Source: Lingula anatina
Taxonomy: Eukaryota > Animalia > Brachiopoda
Direction: 5' to 3'
DNA length: 64,000 nt
NCBI GenBank assembly: GCA_051362555.1
Contig: CM120641.1
Span: 1,612,001 to 1,676,000 of the forward strand
Below, in pieces: positions 14,087 through 30,131 of this stretch. The notes beneath the pieces were generated by a model. It was not told the origin of the DNA. It saw only the letters and a program-made list of their open reading frames with translations, and did no database searches. The translations under genes and the position numbers were made by a program. The first letter of the stretch is position 1; each line of letters begins with the position of its first letter.

Positions 14087-16099
14087 CAAAATGAGTTACA
14101 AATATGCAGGAGATTAGATTACAGTGGACAATAAGAGTGCGTGTACATACGTAAGTATGCATGTGTCATATTTAGTGTGCACATTCTGTGCATATATATA
14201 ATGTATCCATTTGAAAGCATCCTTTTCCTACTACTGCATATGCCCAATAAAACTTCTTAAAGTGGATTTTTGCATGTTGGTAGTATGAAGAATTAAAGCA
14301 CTCCACATTTCTTTATATATTTTTTGGCTTGCAAACAAACTGGACAAAAAATCAATTGGTCACTTAGCCATATGTGTGATCAATTCCGAGTTGTCAATAA
14401 TAAGGGGTCATTAAGGCTTAAGAAAATACCTATCAAACCATTAATGACCTTTGATGAAAACTACTTACAGTATGACAATGGATTTTATTGCTGCGTTTAG
14501 AACTATCACATTTTCATGACTTGGTTACTTATTTTTTTTTTATTCATGAAACTTTAAAAAAATGAAGTTCTTATTTTTGGATATATACTATCAGTCAAAT
14601 CTCCTAAAAGTGCAGGTGCGAAATCCTATATATTTAAAAAATGTTTTACTTCCATGTCATTAACCCTCCAAGGAGGCATTCTTTACAACACTGGTGTCAT
14701 CTTACTTCTTTGTAGTTGGTTACCTACTGCCTGTTAGGAATTAATTGTCATTCAAAACCCTCGTGACTGTCACCAAGTCTTTATCAGTCTTCAGCCTTTT
14801 ACTTGGAAAATACAAGAGGCATATGTATACCTGCAAATACTTCAACAGAAACCGTTCAATTGGAAAGATGTAAAAATAGCTGATACCAAACAAGTCGAGA
14901 GCATAATAGCAAATTGGCCTGAAATCATGAACAGATACAGTGACATCTCAAAACAGGATAAACAAAGAAATGACAATATATTTAAGGCATTGGTTTGAAA
15001 TGTAAGGGTTAATAAAGTTAAGCTTTATTTTTACAAACAAAACATTTGCCTTTCACCTACTCCTTATGAAATAGCTTTGAGCTTGGGCTCACAGTAGGGG
15101 TTGATTACACTTGTTAATGCAATATACTAAAGCATGTTGAGAAGAATTTCATCTGCAGTTTGAAGAACCATTTGAGAAGGACATTCCCAGCAGTTTTGGT
15201 GAAGCATCTGACAAACCAAGTGCATTCAGTTTATACTTTATTACTATTGATTTGGCAAAGCGCGGGTTCCCTATCTCCATCACTCACCTGTTGGTGAGGT
15301 GCCAGGATGTTTAATTACACTGCGGGCGCATTCACACCAAGATAAGCCACAGCAAATGTTTTTCACTTAACAGAACATCATCAGCCCATCCTTGATGTCA
15401 TTTAGAAGAATAAGTGCTTGCCATGAGCAATTTCTTGTTTACATTTTCAGACTCACAGTTACATATTTCAAGCTTCAGGAACAGGTTTGATAACTCCCTT
15501 GAATGACAATAAATTTGATTATTCTTCTGTCAGATTATTTTTGATATTTACTTCACCAGTCTGACCCACACAGACAGGAGCTTTGAAGATTTTCAGAAAA
15601 ACAGGGAAGGCAAAAAATTCTGAGAGCCTTCAGCATATATTTTCTTTTACTTCTATTACAAGTAATGATGATGATGATAGCCATGCAGTAAACAGAAAGA
15701 TCAACTTCCAAGACAGCTAATTTCATACCAAACATTTTCTGAAATCCAGGCTTAGCCCTTTCAGGTAAGATTTCCACCCCCTTCCCTACTCATAAAAAGG
15801 GGTTGTGAACCTCTCATCATCAATCAGTATCTAGTGCTAATATCCCGGCTCTAAGGCTGCATCTAGCACCCATTTTTCACCAAAATCATTCTAAGAAACA
15901 CTTCAGGAGCCAAAAGGTATGTATGCAATAAAACAGCTTGGACACAGCAGGGAACCCCATGCTCCCCTCCCCCCCCAAACTGGCACCTGTCTAGCACAAT
16001 TAACTGGAAGAGTACATCCTGGATGGGGGTATTATCTAACTATCTCATGGAGAAATCTAAAATGATTTTTTTGTTAAAAAGTGCTGGATGCAGGACTTA

Positions 16100-16353
16100 A
16101 GGATCATTTCCAGACCCTTTTCAAACTAACTGTGGATCGATCTATCTCCGAGGGGATTTTCCCTAAATTGCTATCAACTTAAGCGGCTTACATGTCTGTC
16201 ATGCCTTGTGAAACTGCTAGGGGGTAATTAATTATCATTTAGCAGCTTCAGTAGGCATGCCAGACATCAAAGCCACTTAAGCTGAAAGCAATTTAACTAG
16301 AAACCGTAGATGGACCTATCCTGCTAGATCGATCTAGGTATGGGAACCCAGTC
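16100..16353. mobile_element. MITE family C
   Basis: Palindromic; collinear with 55529 and 63256 (cagaccct..actgtggatc..ctagggggtaattaatt..ctaggtatgggaacccagtc); TTA/TAA flanks. Confidence 0.85.
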
Positions 16354-19300
16354 TAACTGTATGTGTAGATCAGTTTGGCTCTCTGATGCTATTCATCAGC
16401 ATACTGTGGGTTATTCAGCACCTCCTTTGATATTGACAGACATCATCACAGATTGGAAAACAGCAGACTAATGCCAATCATTGGATTGCCACCATAAGTT
16501 AAATGGATTCATCCCAAGATAAACGGGTTCTTAATTTATCATATTCAAAATTGCTTAATATTTCATTTTTTATTTCTTAGAGCAATTAATTTTATCACTG
16601 ACGCTCAAAAGGTACAAGGCTAACTACATTGTTTGGTTTTAAGTTTGGTCTAGCAACCAACTGATCTCTTCTAAGAAGTCATGGTCATTGACTTAGATAG
16701 AGTAAAGAAACTTTTCAGAAAGAGAGTTTCAAATTCATGTGAACTTTAGTTACGTGCACAATGCTTGTGAACAATGTTGCTTTGGTTGGTTCTAATGTCA
16801 TTACTCAGACATATCCAAAGCTCCGCACACAGGAAACTGTAAATGTCAGATTGGTTAATGCGCTGTTCAGTCACGCTAACCTAAACATAAAAGCATCACC
16901 AGTTTTTCCCTTGCTTTTTTTTATAAAAACTTACAATCAACCTTTCTTATCTTTGTCCCTGCCTATGGCAAGCAAATAATGCTGACATCTTTAAGTAAAA
17001 TGTCATCTCTGGCCTTCTGGGCATACTATTTCTTTGAAAAAGAAAACAGAAAGAAATGTACTAATAGGCTCAATACATAATATAGAGATTCCATAATACA
17101 ATTATCAATACATCACAATATACACACTATGCCAGAACCACACCTATGTGTATCATAATTAACTAATTACTTCAACATATAGATGATATCAATAATTTGT
17201 TGAACATATTTTGTATAATGAGAATATCAAATATGTATTTAACTCCACCATCTTTGCTTACAGTTTAAGCATTAGTCTAGCAAAATTATTCTATCTGGCA
17301 CTATCATATAATTATTACACCAATGAAAAATACTGCCAAGATCAAAGCACTCACCAGATTTAATTCACGTTTTCATTTTAGTTTCTATAAAATTCAGGTA
17401 TTGACCAGGTATTGAAGTCAGATATGAGCACAATACATCCATTACTTCCCAACAGAAGTAACTTTATATCCTTATGCTGCAAATTATTAAAAGAATCTAA
17501 AACAACATGATTATTCAACTAAAGCCAAAATTCTTATTGCATGCCACTTGTGCTTGAGAAAAACTATCTATTTAATTAAAAATCAATGACACAACAGTCA
17601 CAGTGACCCAGTTCTTATTATCTTGTTGCACAATAATGTATGAAAATTTGCAAAAGTGAATCACACTATAGAAAACATAAATATTCTTAAAAGTTGCATT
17701 AATGCGCATGTACAGTCTATTGCATGCATGTATAAAAACCATTTATTGTAAAACTACACTATTTCTGAGGACAGAACTGGTTCTAGCTAGTATTGATGTG
17801 TAATAGCTGTGCATGTTTTTTTGCAGAGAATCAAACCTGTAACTAATGTACCTGGTAATTGTTGTTTTGCTAAAACCTTGGTTTTAAAAATCCTGGCTAT
17901 TTTATGAGTACACCTCAGTCTGACTTAAATGACAAAACAGTAGTTGGAATACTGGATTAGTGATGGAAAAAGTCTGTCAATGAATATTCTGTAAGGTTAT
18001 TGGCATAGTGAGCCATATACATTATTCCATAATGAGTTTTGTTTGGGAGATGTATTGTGTCGTAGATGAAAAACAGAAAAAGATGTAAAAATGAGATCAT
18101 GCCTGGCAGGCAGTGTGATAAAAATGGTATCATGGGAAATACAGATGATACGTCATTGCAGCAGTGTGCTGATTAACATTCTTGAGGGGATAGAGGTGCA
18201 AAAATATTAACAACAGCAAATTAAATCATGCTTAAACATGTCAGGTGGATAAAAACTCTTAAACTTAAAACCTTTAACTTCTCACTCTTAAAAAAAAATG
18301 GAGGTTTACATCATACTTTTTCCTGGTGTTGCTCATAACACAAAATGTTTTGACTCAACTGCACTACCAGCATAATTTTGATGTGCAACACAAAATGATC
18401 ATCAAAGTATGCGCCATACCAGAATTATGCCCTGAGGGCTCCTGAATCAACTAGCCTTCTTCCTGCCACCAATCCAGCTAATAATCACTTTTTCAATAAG
18501 CATGGGCCAACCCACCTTACCTCTGAGGACAATGACAAGGTTCATCAAAATACCAAAAATTAGGATTTTCATTCATCTAATTATTCAAAAATGCATCTGT
18601 CTTTTTGCTGATAAAAATAAAAATCCCATCAAATATATAAAATACCAGAACTAATTTTTCTACACATATGTACCTCGGGGCCTTTATTGTCAATTGAACA
18701 GGTTTTTATTTTGAAGTAAGATAGCAAGTGTTATGGGGGTAAAGCTTCATCCCTGAACAAGATCTTTTCATACAAATTATCACAGGTGATGTGTATGGGC
18801 TTCAAATACGTGCTGTCATTTTGGTTCAAATGTTTTTGTCATCAGCTGAGACTGCAAATACATTTGTCAACAGCTGAGACTGTGACTCTGAGAGCAAACA
18901 ACAAAATTTGTTTTTCAAAAATTTGGGAGGGTATGTTACTGGCATAGAGATCAAAAGATTTACACCTACATACTCAAACACACATACATATACACCCACA
19001 TATACCCACTCATAACCAGACATACCCCCCAGGCTCAAACTTTACACTTTAACGATACAGTCTGTATACTACGATGTTCTTACAATCAATTATGCTTAAG
19101 GGGTTATTACTCCAGCCCTTTCACAATCAGTTCACAATGATAGCGTGACAAAAATTCAAATGAAAACAAGACATGATGATAAGTGCCGATTTCATGAAGA
19201 TGATTATCAGAAGGTATAAAAGACTATTGGCGCAATGACACCTGCTAACAGTTTTAATATCAAAATGGCCATGAACAAACAATGTGACAATTGCGACTTG

Positions 19301-22262
19301 TTATTTTCCAAAAGATGGATGGCTATGATGATATAATGAGTGTGGTTTTCCCTGAACTGTTCTGTCCTACAATGACAGACATGACATTTCCTGGTGGCAA
19401 GACCACATTAAAGTATGACAAAACCAATGGAAATTTGTTTCTCTGAATAACAAATAAAAAGAAAAAGAAAAAAGTGAAAAAGTTTTCAATGTGTCTTTAT
19501 TCCATATTAATTGAACCCAACCTTTTCTATCAATATTTCAACTTGAAAATTTCTGGTTATAAAATAAAATTCTACAAATTTAAGAATAACAAAAACAGCT
19601 CATGAGCAAGAAAGCCATCTCATTGCACCAGTTCAAACATGCAGATTTCCCATGCAGTAAGGTTCCTAAGGACAGCACTGTGGGCAAATATCTCCCATTT
19701 CAACTCCTCCAGGAATGCGCATGACCTCAGGATACGCATCTTCCTTGCGTAGAATCAATGAAAGGAGCACCTGCTGGGGAGCCACAGCAAAACAGCTGCA
19801 TGTTGAAACAACCCGCTTCATTCAACCTTGCATCATTTCACCTTCCTGTTGCTTAATTACACTCAAATTAGACAGTTTTGGGACTCCACTTTCTGTGAGT
19901 TAAATTTCTAGTATAAAATCAGGCCTATAGCCAGCAATTTCAAAGAGTTTTTTTCCCTGTGGAGGTGCACTTGTTATCTCCTTTGTTGACAAAATATGAG
20001 AGATGCACAGAAAACTATTCACATTGTATTTTACAACATCATTTTACTCACAAGCCATATTTTCTTAAACAGCCTAAGGTAGATTTGTTTGTGACTTAAT
20101 AGCAAATTGATGGAGAAATAAATTCAAAATCCCTGCTAAATCTCCCCAACAGACCAGGATGAACTGCATGAAGAAATCAACTGGATTCCACATGGAGATG
20201 AAAATGAACTATCACATAGTGTGACAGAGAGTATTTATCTAAAAATCTTTTTTTCCATCAACTTTGTCACACATTACTTTATTGCATGTGGAATTGTTGA
20301 AAGAAAACCAATAACTGACATGTCAATCAAAATACTCGCACACAGTAACCATATTATAACACGGAGAGCAGACAGAGAATCTATAGTAATTGTGTCTTGA
20401 AAATTAGGAGAAATAAGAATGATCCAACAGAGTGAAAATTATGTAAACATGGACTAATAATAACAAAGAACAGATTATATTATGAGAAGTAGACAAACAA
20501 TTAAGCTTACTTGATCTCCAGAAAACAAATCTGAGACCTTGGAAGAGTTCAATAGGTTATAAATGTCTACATTAGGCAAAATAGCTTTTCTCCCTCTTAA
20601 CTTTCATTTAAAATACTTATCTGTAAGTGCAACAAAAATAACCAGTTTTAGAGTATAAAAAACATTCTTTGTTGTTTTATTCACCTACACCCCACATGCT
20701 TCTGTATACAACAGAAAGTGGTTCGTGTCAATTTAGCTGCTTTGTAAATCGGTGTGAAACGGTGATGGATTTCTGATATAATTCTGCGCTATCTAAAATA
20801 TCGCCGGGTACAAATTACAATTTGGCACCACATTCCAGTTACAATGTTTCATTAAAAATAGGCCTTATTTTTCCTTTTTACTGATAAAATATGTGAAGTA
20901 AGCCTATCAAGAAAATTTACCTGCACCAATTTGTTGGATTTGTTGTTGTGATTAAATAGTCATTAAAAGGGTGTTGATGGGTGTTCACGTGAGAGAAATT
21001 TGTTTGAAATCGATATTACAGTTGGCAGTGAAAATGCAGCTGTTATGTCATCAGCTTGAATAAGTTAATACATTATGATGTAATTTTCATATGACAGCAT
21101 TATCACATAGCCTGACTGTTCATTGCGGCATATTTATCTGAATAGTTATCAAAAGGGATAATGAAAAAACCTGACATATTGAAAACCCAATAAAACATGT
21201 ATAAAAGTGGCCCATTCACAAACTCATCCAAGAGATGTACCCTGAGAGGCTTCTAGGTTCCAAATTTGTTGGCAATACCAGTAGCCTGCTCTCTGCTCTC
21301 ATTTTTTTCCCAAAAACTTCTCAATGGACAATCCAGACATGTGCACAGAGAAATACATGTGAATATATAGTGAAAATAACTGTGGTGACTCTGTGGCCCA
21401 AGGCTATTGTGGCAATGGTACCGAAACAGGTGGAGCAGACACAGACCAGTTTGGCCTGACCAGCTTCACAGCTTCAGCACCAGCAGGGTAAGACCTAATC
21501 AAAACATGCAACCTCGTTGGCAATGTTTATTTATAAATGAAAAATAAAGTTGGATGATTGCCCTTCAAATTTAAACTGTTGAGGATGAAAAGCATGCCTA
21601 TGACGTCTGAGCAAATCAAGATGTTATGGTGCCAAGATATAGAAGACACAAACATAACACTGGAGAATAAAGAGTCTGTAAAAAGATGTACTTTAAGTCA
21701 TTTTGTACATGAGAATTCTGATTTATCTGATGGAATTATTGCACCTTGAAAATAAAACACTGATCATCGCCCTCTTAAATAAATACCAATGCATTTTTGA
21801 AAAAGGAACTTTTCTGTTTCAAGTCTTTTATCAGATAGCCTAAATCCCGAAAATTTTGTTGGGTTTTATTCAAAGATTCTGTTTTTTTTTTTTTTCAAAT
21901 AACCCCCAGTTTAAAATTAAGCAGGTGAACTTTGCAGCACTGCAGTCTGCAGCTGAGACCTAGATTGTTCTCTCCAAGCCACCCATTGTGGCTCCTTAGG
22001 TGCCAGAGAGAGGGAATTTAAAAATAAACAGTTTAGAGATCTGCATTCAATGAACTTTGTGGGGAATCAATTACTGATGTAAAATGGCATTCTTCACAAA
22101 ATATTTTTTCTCAAATTATACCACAATCTAAATGATTATTTTAGTCAAACTGGGCAGTGGCAGGCTAAAAAAGGTACAAATGTGGACACTTGCTAATGTT
22201 CACTACTTCATGCCTTTACAAGTAGCTTTTAAGAACCCTGAATTTGCTATTTGTGCCACTAA

Positions 22263-22445
22263 GGCCACATGCAGAACAGTGGACTAACTAGTCTGTGGGT
22301 CAAATATGGTGACCCACTAAAAAGCTTGCTGTCTAATCTGCTAACAGACACTGAATAGATATCCCGTGGGGAAATATATTATTATTCAAATGTGTCAACC
22401 ATATTTGAGCCTTTGACTAGTTAGTCCAATGTTCTGAATCGGGCC
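22263..22445. mobile_element. MITE family A (GGCC-ended palindromic, PIF/Harbinger-like)
   Basis: Inverted arms (ggcc..cagaacagtggactaactagtc / gactagttagtcc..gttctgaatcgggcc); TAA on both flanks; homologous to 37033 and 39855. Confidence 0.85.
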
Positions 22446-22631
22446 TAAAAGCAACATTTTCAGGAAAGATGAGTAACAAGAAAACCCCAGATGTATATCC
22501 AGCAATACCAATATTGACTTACAGGTCATCAACCCATATTTGGTCATGTCAACTCATGATTCTCAGATTCATTAGATTTTAATGGCTATTATATTTATAA
22601 TAATCTTTTGCCTTGGATTTTTATATTCATA

Positions 22632-22700
22632 TCCACTGGAATATCTACTACAAGTGTCCACTGGAATATCTACTACAAGTGTCCACTGGAATATCTACTA
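22632..22700. repeat. Minisatellite, 25-bp unit x ~2.8
   Basis: tccactggaatatctactacaagtg repeated. Confidence 0.9.
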
Positions 22701-25700
22701 TGACTTCATCCCAAGGTAACAAGCTATCAACAAGGACTGTCTGTCACAGTGGAGCAAAGCAATTAATGTTATCACAATTGATTGAGCAAGTAATTAATTG
22801 TCTGTCTAGATTGCAATCAGAGGACCAGTATCTGAGGTGGTTATATAATAGGGACCAATCTTGTAATTACAGACCTTGGCTTTATATTTATCTATTATCT
22901 CCGCACAGAAATAAGAGAATACTGTAGCCAAAGAAATATCTAAGAGTTTCACAGTGAAAAAAGTACTTTTAAATTTGTGACCCTGACATACAACCCTTGT
23001 AGAAGGTAGCACTTAAGAACTTGTGTCCGTTTAACCCTGACCTTAGAGGCATTTTTTGCATCCCCAAATGTACCAATGCTCCAGGGTAAATTCACCTTGT
23101 TTTCTGATCACAACATAACCCCATTACACAAAGTCCCAATAGACAAAACAGAGATAAAACACATAAATCTTTCAACAAAGATGTCTTTGACATATCTATC
23201 TCAAAAATCTGGAGAATAAGCAAAAGCTTTCAAAAACAATTAAGCCATTAATACTGAGATATCATCAGAAGGTGTCTGTCTATCATAAAGAAAGTAATGC
23301 AACCAGGAACAAATTATCCCCGTTGTCCTATGGGTCACATTTGATGACAGAAACCTGATAAATGCCCCAGAAATATTATCAGCGAACAACTAAATTTCCC
23401 AGGTGATAACATACAATTTGCCATGTGTCCAAGACATTGCATGTCTGACTACATCTATTAATTGTTAGTTGAAGCAATGGGTGTGGTTATTACAGGATCT
23501 TGCAAGACTAATTCCCACTAGATGACTTTAAAAAATCCATCAGCCAAGACTGTCATCATTGTTAAACATTATCAAGTGTCAGAGAGGTCCCCAAGGCAGT
23601 AGGTTTACACACACGCACACACACACACATGCAATTCCAAATCATAAAATCTCGCCCATGAGGGTTTACTATTTACAACAAAAGCCATTAACCTTGGTAT
23701 TCAAGCTTCTGTTCATATTTTTTTCAAAGATAATGAAAACAAAGTTCAAAAGTATAATCTAAAAGGTCACACACGAAGCAATTCTATATATACAAAGTGC
23801 ATAACAGATCCTATTGTATACACTATAAATTGCATGAATGGAATGCAGCATAATGCAAGAAACATGCCATGAGGTCTAACAACTATAAACATACACATAT
23901 AAAACCTGACTACCTTCTTAAAGATGGAGGTACATCTCAGAATTACCATCATTTTTTCAATGAGAATAGAAATGTGACAAGGAAAATATGCCATTGCCCC
24001 GTTAATATCACAGGAACTGGCAGGGATAATCTTAGATCTACCAAACTGTTTACATGATTTGTACTTGTGTAAACAGCTTCTATGTAAAATCAAGTGAACC
24101 GAAAATGAAACTAAAACAGGTAGCAATTAAAACTTCTAAAGGAGCATTTCACTCATCTTTATCATAGCATATATGCTTCTTCAAGCAACATAATCACTCC
24201 TTATGAAGATCGGATAATCTGTTCAATTATTATTCAAAAGGTAAGAAAACCAGTTACATCCTAAAAACTAATCACTAGAGGTGAAAAATTTCAATTAAAA
24301 ACTAGTTATGTTGTCTAATAATTCACTGCACAATGTTTTCATGGAAAACAGGTGATGTTAGCCGAGCTTCAGCAAATTCAGTGTAAAAGGGTCATTGTCT
24401 TCACTTTTATTATCTCTTAAAACCATTCTACCGTAATGGCCACTATGGTTCAAATGACTACATACATCATGCCCAGCAAAGTTATTATGATCTCCTTTAA
24501 ACCCTGTTATAATGATACCTGGTACACATCTTCATTAGAGCTTTTTACTGAGAACCATCTTGCAATTTCCTGGATGCATTGCTGCTGCAAGGAGGTCTTC
24601 ATGCAGATACTAATTAAAAACCAGACAGAAAGAAAAACAAAATGAGGGGCCAGACTCTGACAAAGCAGTTCAAAATGTTCCAATTAAATTAAATTAGATC
24701 AATTAATGAAGAAAGTGATCAATGTTATAGTGCTCACAATGATAAGATCCAGAATATTATACACAGCTTTTGGAAGAACACCAGAATACGAGAACAAATA
24801 GATAAATACTTTGAATAAGTAATTAAAAGAAGGCAACAATGCTCTGTACTTTAATTCTGCTTTTAATGCATATGTTATAATATATGATATTACAATCATT
24901 AAACATTAAATTTTTCAATTGATAAAAAGATTAGAGAGAAAAAATTTAAACCAATCTTTTTTTTTTTTTTTTTTTGTCCTCAGGCATGGCTATCAATAAC
25001 AAACATCATTCAATTGGAGAAAAAATCCATTACAGCAAATAAATGTAAAAGGGGCCATAAGGTTAAGGCAGGAGGTTGACCCTGGGGTCGGGTGATCACC
25101 TTCCTTAGACACACACTTAGACACCAGAGGGCAGCCATTTGCAATTCATGAAGGTTCAATGTTTCTTGAATATCATATCAAAAGGGTTGTCAAGTGAAGC
25201 CCGTATCAGAGACTGTCTGTTCAAATCTGCACCAAAGAGGCTGTCAATTCAAACAGAGTCATCAAGCTTCATTAAGTGTTCTTGGCTATGAGAGAAATGC
25301 AATCGAGTTTTTAGCACTTGTCATGCAAGAACTAACTGTTGAAATGATATAGTTATGTTTATTTGATTTTACCTCAAGATAGCAAATAAATCATACCAAC
25401 ACACATTCAAATTCAGTTCCTTGGAGACAATATCTACCTTATTACTAAAATATAATTGTGCTATTGATTTGAAGACATTTCAAAATTCTGACCGTAACAG
25501 AGAGCCATGTCACCAGTCCATTGAGCTTGAAAATGTGATCAATAGCCAGAGTGTAATTGGGTGTCCTTTTCCAAGAATCCTTTATGACTCACTTTAATAA
25601 CGGCTTAGGTAATAATTTAAGTAAGTTGGCTAGAATGCAAATGTAGAAAAAAGTGCAAAATTCTGATGGGGGAAAATTCCTGAAACCTATTGTAATTATT

Positions 25701-27319
25701 GTGACTGTGTTGCTAGTTAACAACTGTTTTTTTATTTAATCAAAAATTAATTCCTAGGTCTCATTTTTGTCATCAATAACTGACCTGACAGATGTGTTTT
25801 ACAAAAAGTAGAAATACAACTAGACAAACAAAAAAACAGAAAAAGCCACATTCTGCTCAAAAGTGAGCACATGCCAATTAGAAATTCATAAAACATTCTG
25901 AACATGAAGGTTTGGCCATTTTATTTTCTTACTTTAAAATAGTGGTCCATTGCCATCTTATTGGTTGTCAATCTATCATAGGTCCACTAATTTACATTAA
26001 CTATCTGACTTAAATTTGCATATGCCAATCTTTTTTTGAAAGAGATTTGTAAAACCCATTTCCATTGAGACACTTTTTATTAACTTTTAAATTTGAAATA
26101 TTTAAATGCTTCTTTTGAACTAAGGGAAGCTCACAAATATTCTGCCCTTGCATTTTCTTTCAAAGACAATCAAATAATTCCATCAGAAATGCTTGAATTC
26201 ATATATCTGATAACGTGCTCCTGCCTGTCACGAGAACTTTATAATCTGCTACTATTGGCAGGTGAAAGTCTTGATCATATTATATGTTACATCCGGTATC
26301 TTCAATCTAAACAACGTGGGAAATTATGACAATATATAACGTGTAGTCTTCTACTTCATTGATGGCAAACCATATAGCTTAACAATGTATCGGGACCCAA
26401 GATGCATGCATTTATGTTGACAGATAAATTGGAAAATGTGTTTATACTTGAAATTTGGAATCATATATATTTGTATTGCCATTTATCTGAAACCACTGAT
26501 GTCCAGTGTTGTCCAGTGACTGGACATCTTTTAACCATTTACCATTTTTTTGGTGAAAATTATATCTTTACTTGTTTGCGCTAACTGCTGCTCTGACAAT
26601 TAAGACATACTGTCTAGAAAGATGGCATCCTGGCGATAAAAAAAAAAAGGGGGTAGAAAATACTGTGCACTGATTGGTTCAGAATGGGCAATGATTGACA
26701 GCTGATAATTGGTCACTAGGTATTGCCTGTACTCTGTTGGTCTGATAACAACAGTTGTTACTCTTCCCAGTCTAAAGATACCCTTGTCTGAACATACCAC
26801 TATTGTAGCCCACACATCCAAACATGGTCATTTGTGGTAAGGATCGATTGGCTCCAAAAAACCTGAAACCTCCATATACATCTTGCTGATTAATCTTTTC
26901 TGGGGTAACTAACTCCCCCCAGGGGCCCCATAATATTTGTCCAGAGGATTGCTTCATGGTTAATTGAACACTCTGACAGACTTAACAGCAAATTAGAAAG
27001 GACAAGTAAAAAAAAAAGAAAACAAAACTTCTTAAGGTTGTAATAGTTTTACAGGTTCAATGCAGAGAGAATCCAGCTTGCATGTACAATACATATACCA
27101 CATATATCTGCACCACTGATAAAATTTTGAGCATAGAAAACAACCTTCACACGCTGACTGTCACACTAGCTGACACTGTCACAACAAATGTTGCGGATGA
27201 CAAACAAGAAAGCAGGCAGTCAGGGCCGGGTAGGATGGAATTCTGTGTCTTTAAGACTGTTAGTATTTTCCAGGGACACCCTTTTTATTATGCAAAATGG
27301 GCGATTTTGCTTCTAACCT

Positions 27320-27467
27320 GGGCTCCTTAACTCGAAAGCAACACGTATTGCGAATAGTGATATCACATAAAGGCTACAATGTATAATATGGGGCGAGTAT
27401 GGGCCAGTTATGGAATCTAGACGCTTGCGCTCAGTTGCAATGCGCAATGCTTTCGAGTTACGGGCCC
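27320..27467. mobile_element. Small MITE
   Basis: gggctccttaactcgaaagca / tgctttcgagttacgggccc inverted ends; CpG-rich. Confidence 0.7.
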
Positions 27468-30131
27468 TAGCCGGGTTTAGACACCTGCGGGACTGTACAG
27501 GGACTGTACAGAAATCTTCAAGTTTGAACTTCTGGACTTGAAGTTTCTCATGACTTATGATCTCATGAAAAGCTATAAAATAGGTAGGGGAGAAGGGACA
27601 CATGCACTTTAATTATACTTGTATTAATGACCTGAAATGCAAATAAAAATATGGTAAAAAAAATGATTAAAAAATCAAAATGTATATTATATTCAAAAGT
27701 ATTCAAGTCCTGGTAACCTTGTCACCACTGCATGCATGGGGAGAACATAGCATGGTCTTCTACTCTTCCTGTGAAAGAACAAGCTCATATACATAATAAC
27801 AATATAACGTTAGCTATGACCCGAGTTAATGACTTGTGGAAGACGGATGCTATGGAAATAAGTGATAATGCTACATGGGTTGTCACTGAATGTCCAGAAA
27901 CACCCATGGAGTCATTTGAAAGCGCAGTAGGAAAGAGAGCAAGCAATCCCCAGACAATTGTTATAGACGCAATTTCCAATAGAATCATCCACTGTGCAAT
28001 CATTGAACATTATGGAAATTAAGCCAAATTTACGAAACAATAACAGCATGTATGGTCTAAACAATAGCAGTATACTCCCCAATGGTACCATGGCATCCCA
28101 GAGTTGCACTGAACTTGAAGGCATTTCTTCTTTCCACTTGTGTAACATGTAATAACAAAGCAAGAAATAAACAGATGAATGAATAGATAAATGGACGATA
28201 GCATGCAAGGACAGACAAACGGACACAGGATAAATTAGTTAATAAAACATTCATTTTCTGCGCAGCTTCACAAACTCATAAATCATACAGTGCACAGCTA
28301 TACCCCACTAAAACATTTATATATACACACCCACCATTTATAAATATGCCGTCATTCATAACCTCATAAAAGTTTAAATTGTAGTGAACTTATGAGTCAG
28401 AGTGTACTTATGAGCAAGAATGAAGAGTGAAAATAAAATTAATTATAAACGTGGTCTGTGTTTAATTAAAAGAGTGGTGTCATTAAGAGAAAAATAAATT
28501 AAAAGTAAATTCCCCAAAGGGACTTAGTGCCACACTGCAATTAAGATGTGAGAAATTTATCTGATCATCTAACAAAGAAGTGCAGTTGAACGCTAAATTC
28601 AAAGTGACCTAGTACAGACAGAATCATAACAAGAAAACAAATCAGGAAAAATAGAAAGATGAATAAGGTATTTTTTTTCTATTCCTGGCACAGTTCATAA
28701 AAGCATTAACTTTGACTTTACACTGTAAAAAAATCCATTCCTGTTACATGTAGCTACCACGGCGATTACAATATAAAAACCTCTGCAAAGCATTATCTAT
28801 CGTTTGCAAAAGATGGAAAAATGTCTGAATTACATAAAATTGAGCTTCCATGTTCCCACATTCATTGTTTTGGCTACAGTACCATCCTCTTCACCTAAAA
28901 AAATTGATAAATTGGAACTTGTCATTACTCTTGAGATTGCCAAGATCCACTACATGTAACATTTCTTACCACAAGATAATTATAAGAAAATCTTGGGTCA
29001 TACATTTAAGTTTGCTCTTTACAGCAACTCACCCTCCCAATGGGCAGGAGAGCAGATAGGGTATATACTTATACCAGGCATGTATAGTAAGGGGGGTTCT
29101 TGCAATGGTACTTTTTGAACTACAAAACTTGTGTGTTTACAGAGGAGATTTTTCTGGCCTAAACCTTGTTACCCACTTGTTGACCAAACTAAAGAAACTG
29201 TCTGAAACATAGATCACATTTTGATGCTGTGTTGGCCCTTTTTTAACCAAAAAGATGGTTCCTTTGAAACACTCCCCCCCCCCCCCCCACCCCAACTAGA
29301 CTGGACATTTGCAATGTGCCCTTTAAGAAACTTCATCCTAACATCACCTAAAGATCAGAAAACATAAGAACCCAGAATTTTAAACTTATGTTTAAGAAAC
29401 TTAGGTCTGCTCACATTGAATGGACAATTCCCAGTTAGCTTTATCAGTGACCAGAAACATACTGTAGATCCAAATGTCACAGCTAGCCTGAATGCCCTTA
29501 CAGTGTCAGTTGCTAAATTTACAAGTGCAAATGAAATGGAGATTTAGGGAGTCAACTGTAAGGGGAGAAGTCCTCAGACAACAAAGGCTTGGTGAAACTG
29601 ATCCCTAGTTGTGTGGTAACATCAGGAAGCCAATTTCCTGTTAAGTTTGTCTGGTTTTGACAGAAGCCAACGCCTAAGAGGGTCACATGACATGGCAGGG
29701 TGAATTTATTACTGTCAAGACCATCTGAGCCGTCTGCCATTACCTATATCTTCCATTAAATACCTTGGTTTGGGTGTCCACTTGCACAACACAGGTATCA
29801 CAGCGGAAAACACATAAATAAAAGATGGGAATCAATACTGTCTTTACTCAGGTACTGTACGTTAGGTCTCATGACAAGAGGGATAACAGTGTTTTGTTTC
29901 CAATGGATCTGGCTGGGCCTGGTGCTATATGCAAGGGTGTATAGCCAGTGAGCCATCTACCCAACATCTGTAAGGCCTGTTTTATGACTGTCTGTCTAAA
30001 TTGTCAATATTCTCAGTACCATTCCCCCCCCCCCCCTCCCCCCCAACCTCCAATTGTCAAATATAAAAGTTTGGCCAGAATTGAACTTGGGAACTTGTAC
30101 TAGCGAGTATAAAATTTGATGCACAGTTTAA

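Noticed and set aside
22632-22700. 25-bp repeats as a possible CRISPR array
   Set aside because: Head-to-tail units with no spacers, no cas genes and a eukaryotic context. The same applies to 4464-4540 and 47349-47522.
27732-28254. Cluster of overlapping short ORFs
   Set aside because: No recognisable motifs and no consistent splice structure.
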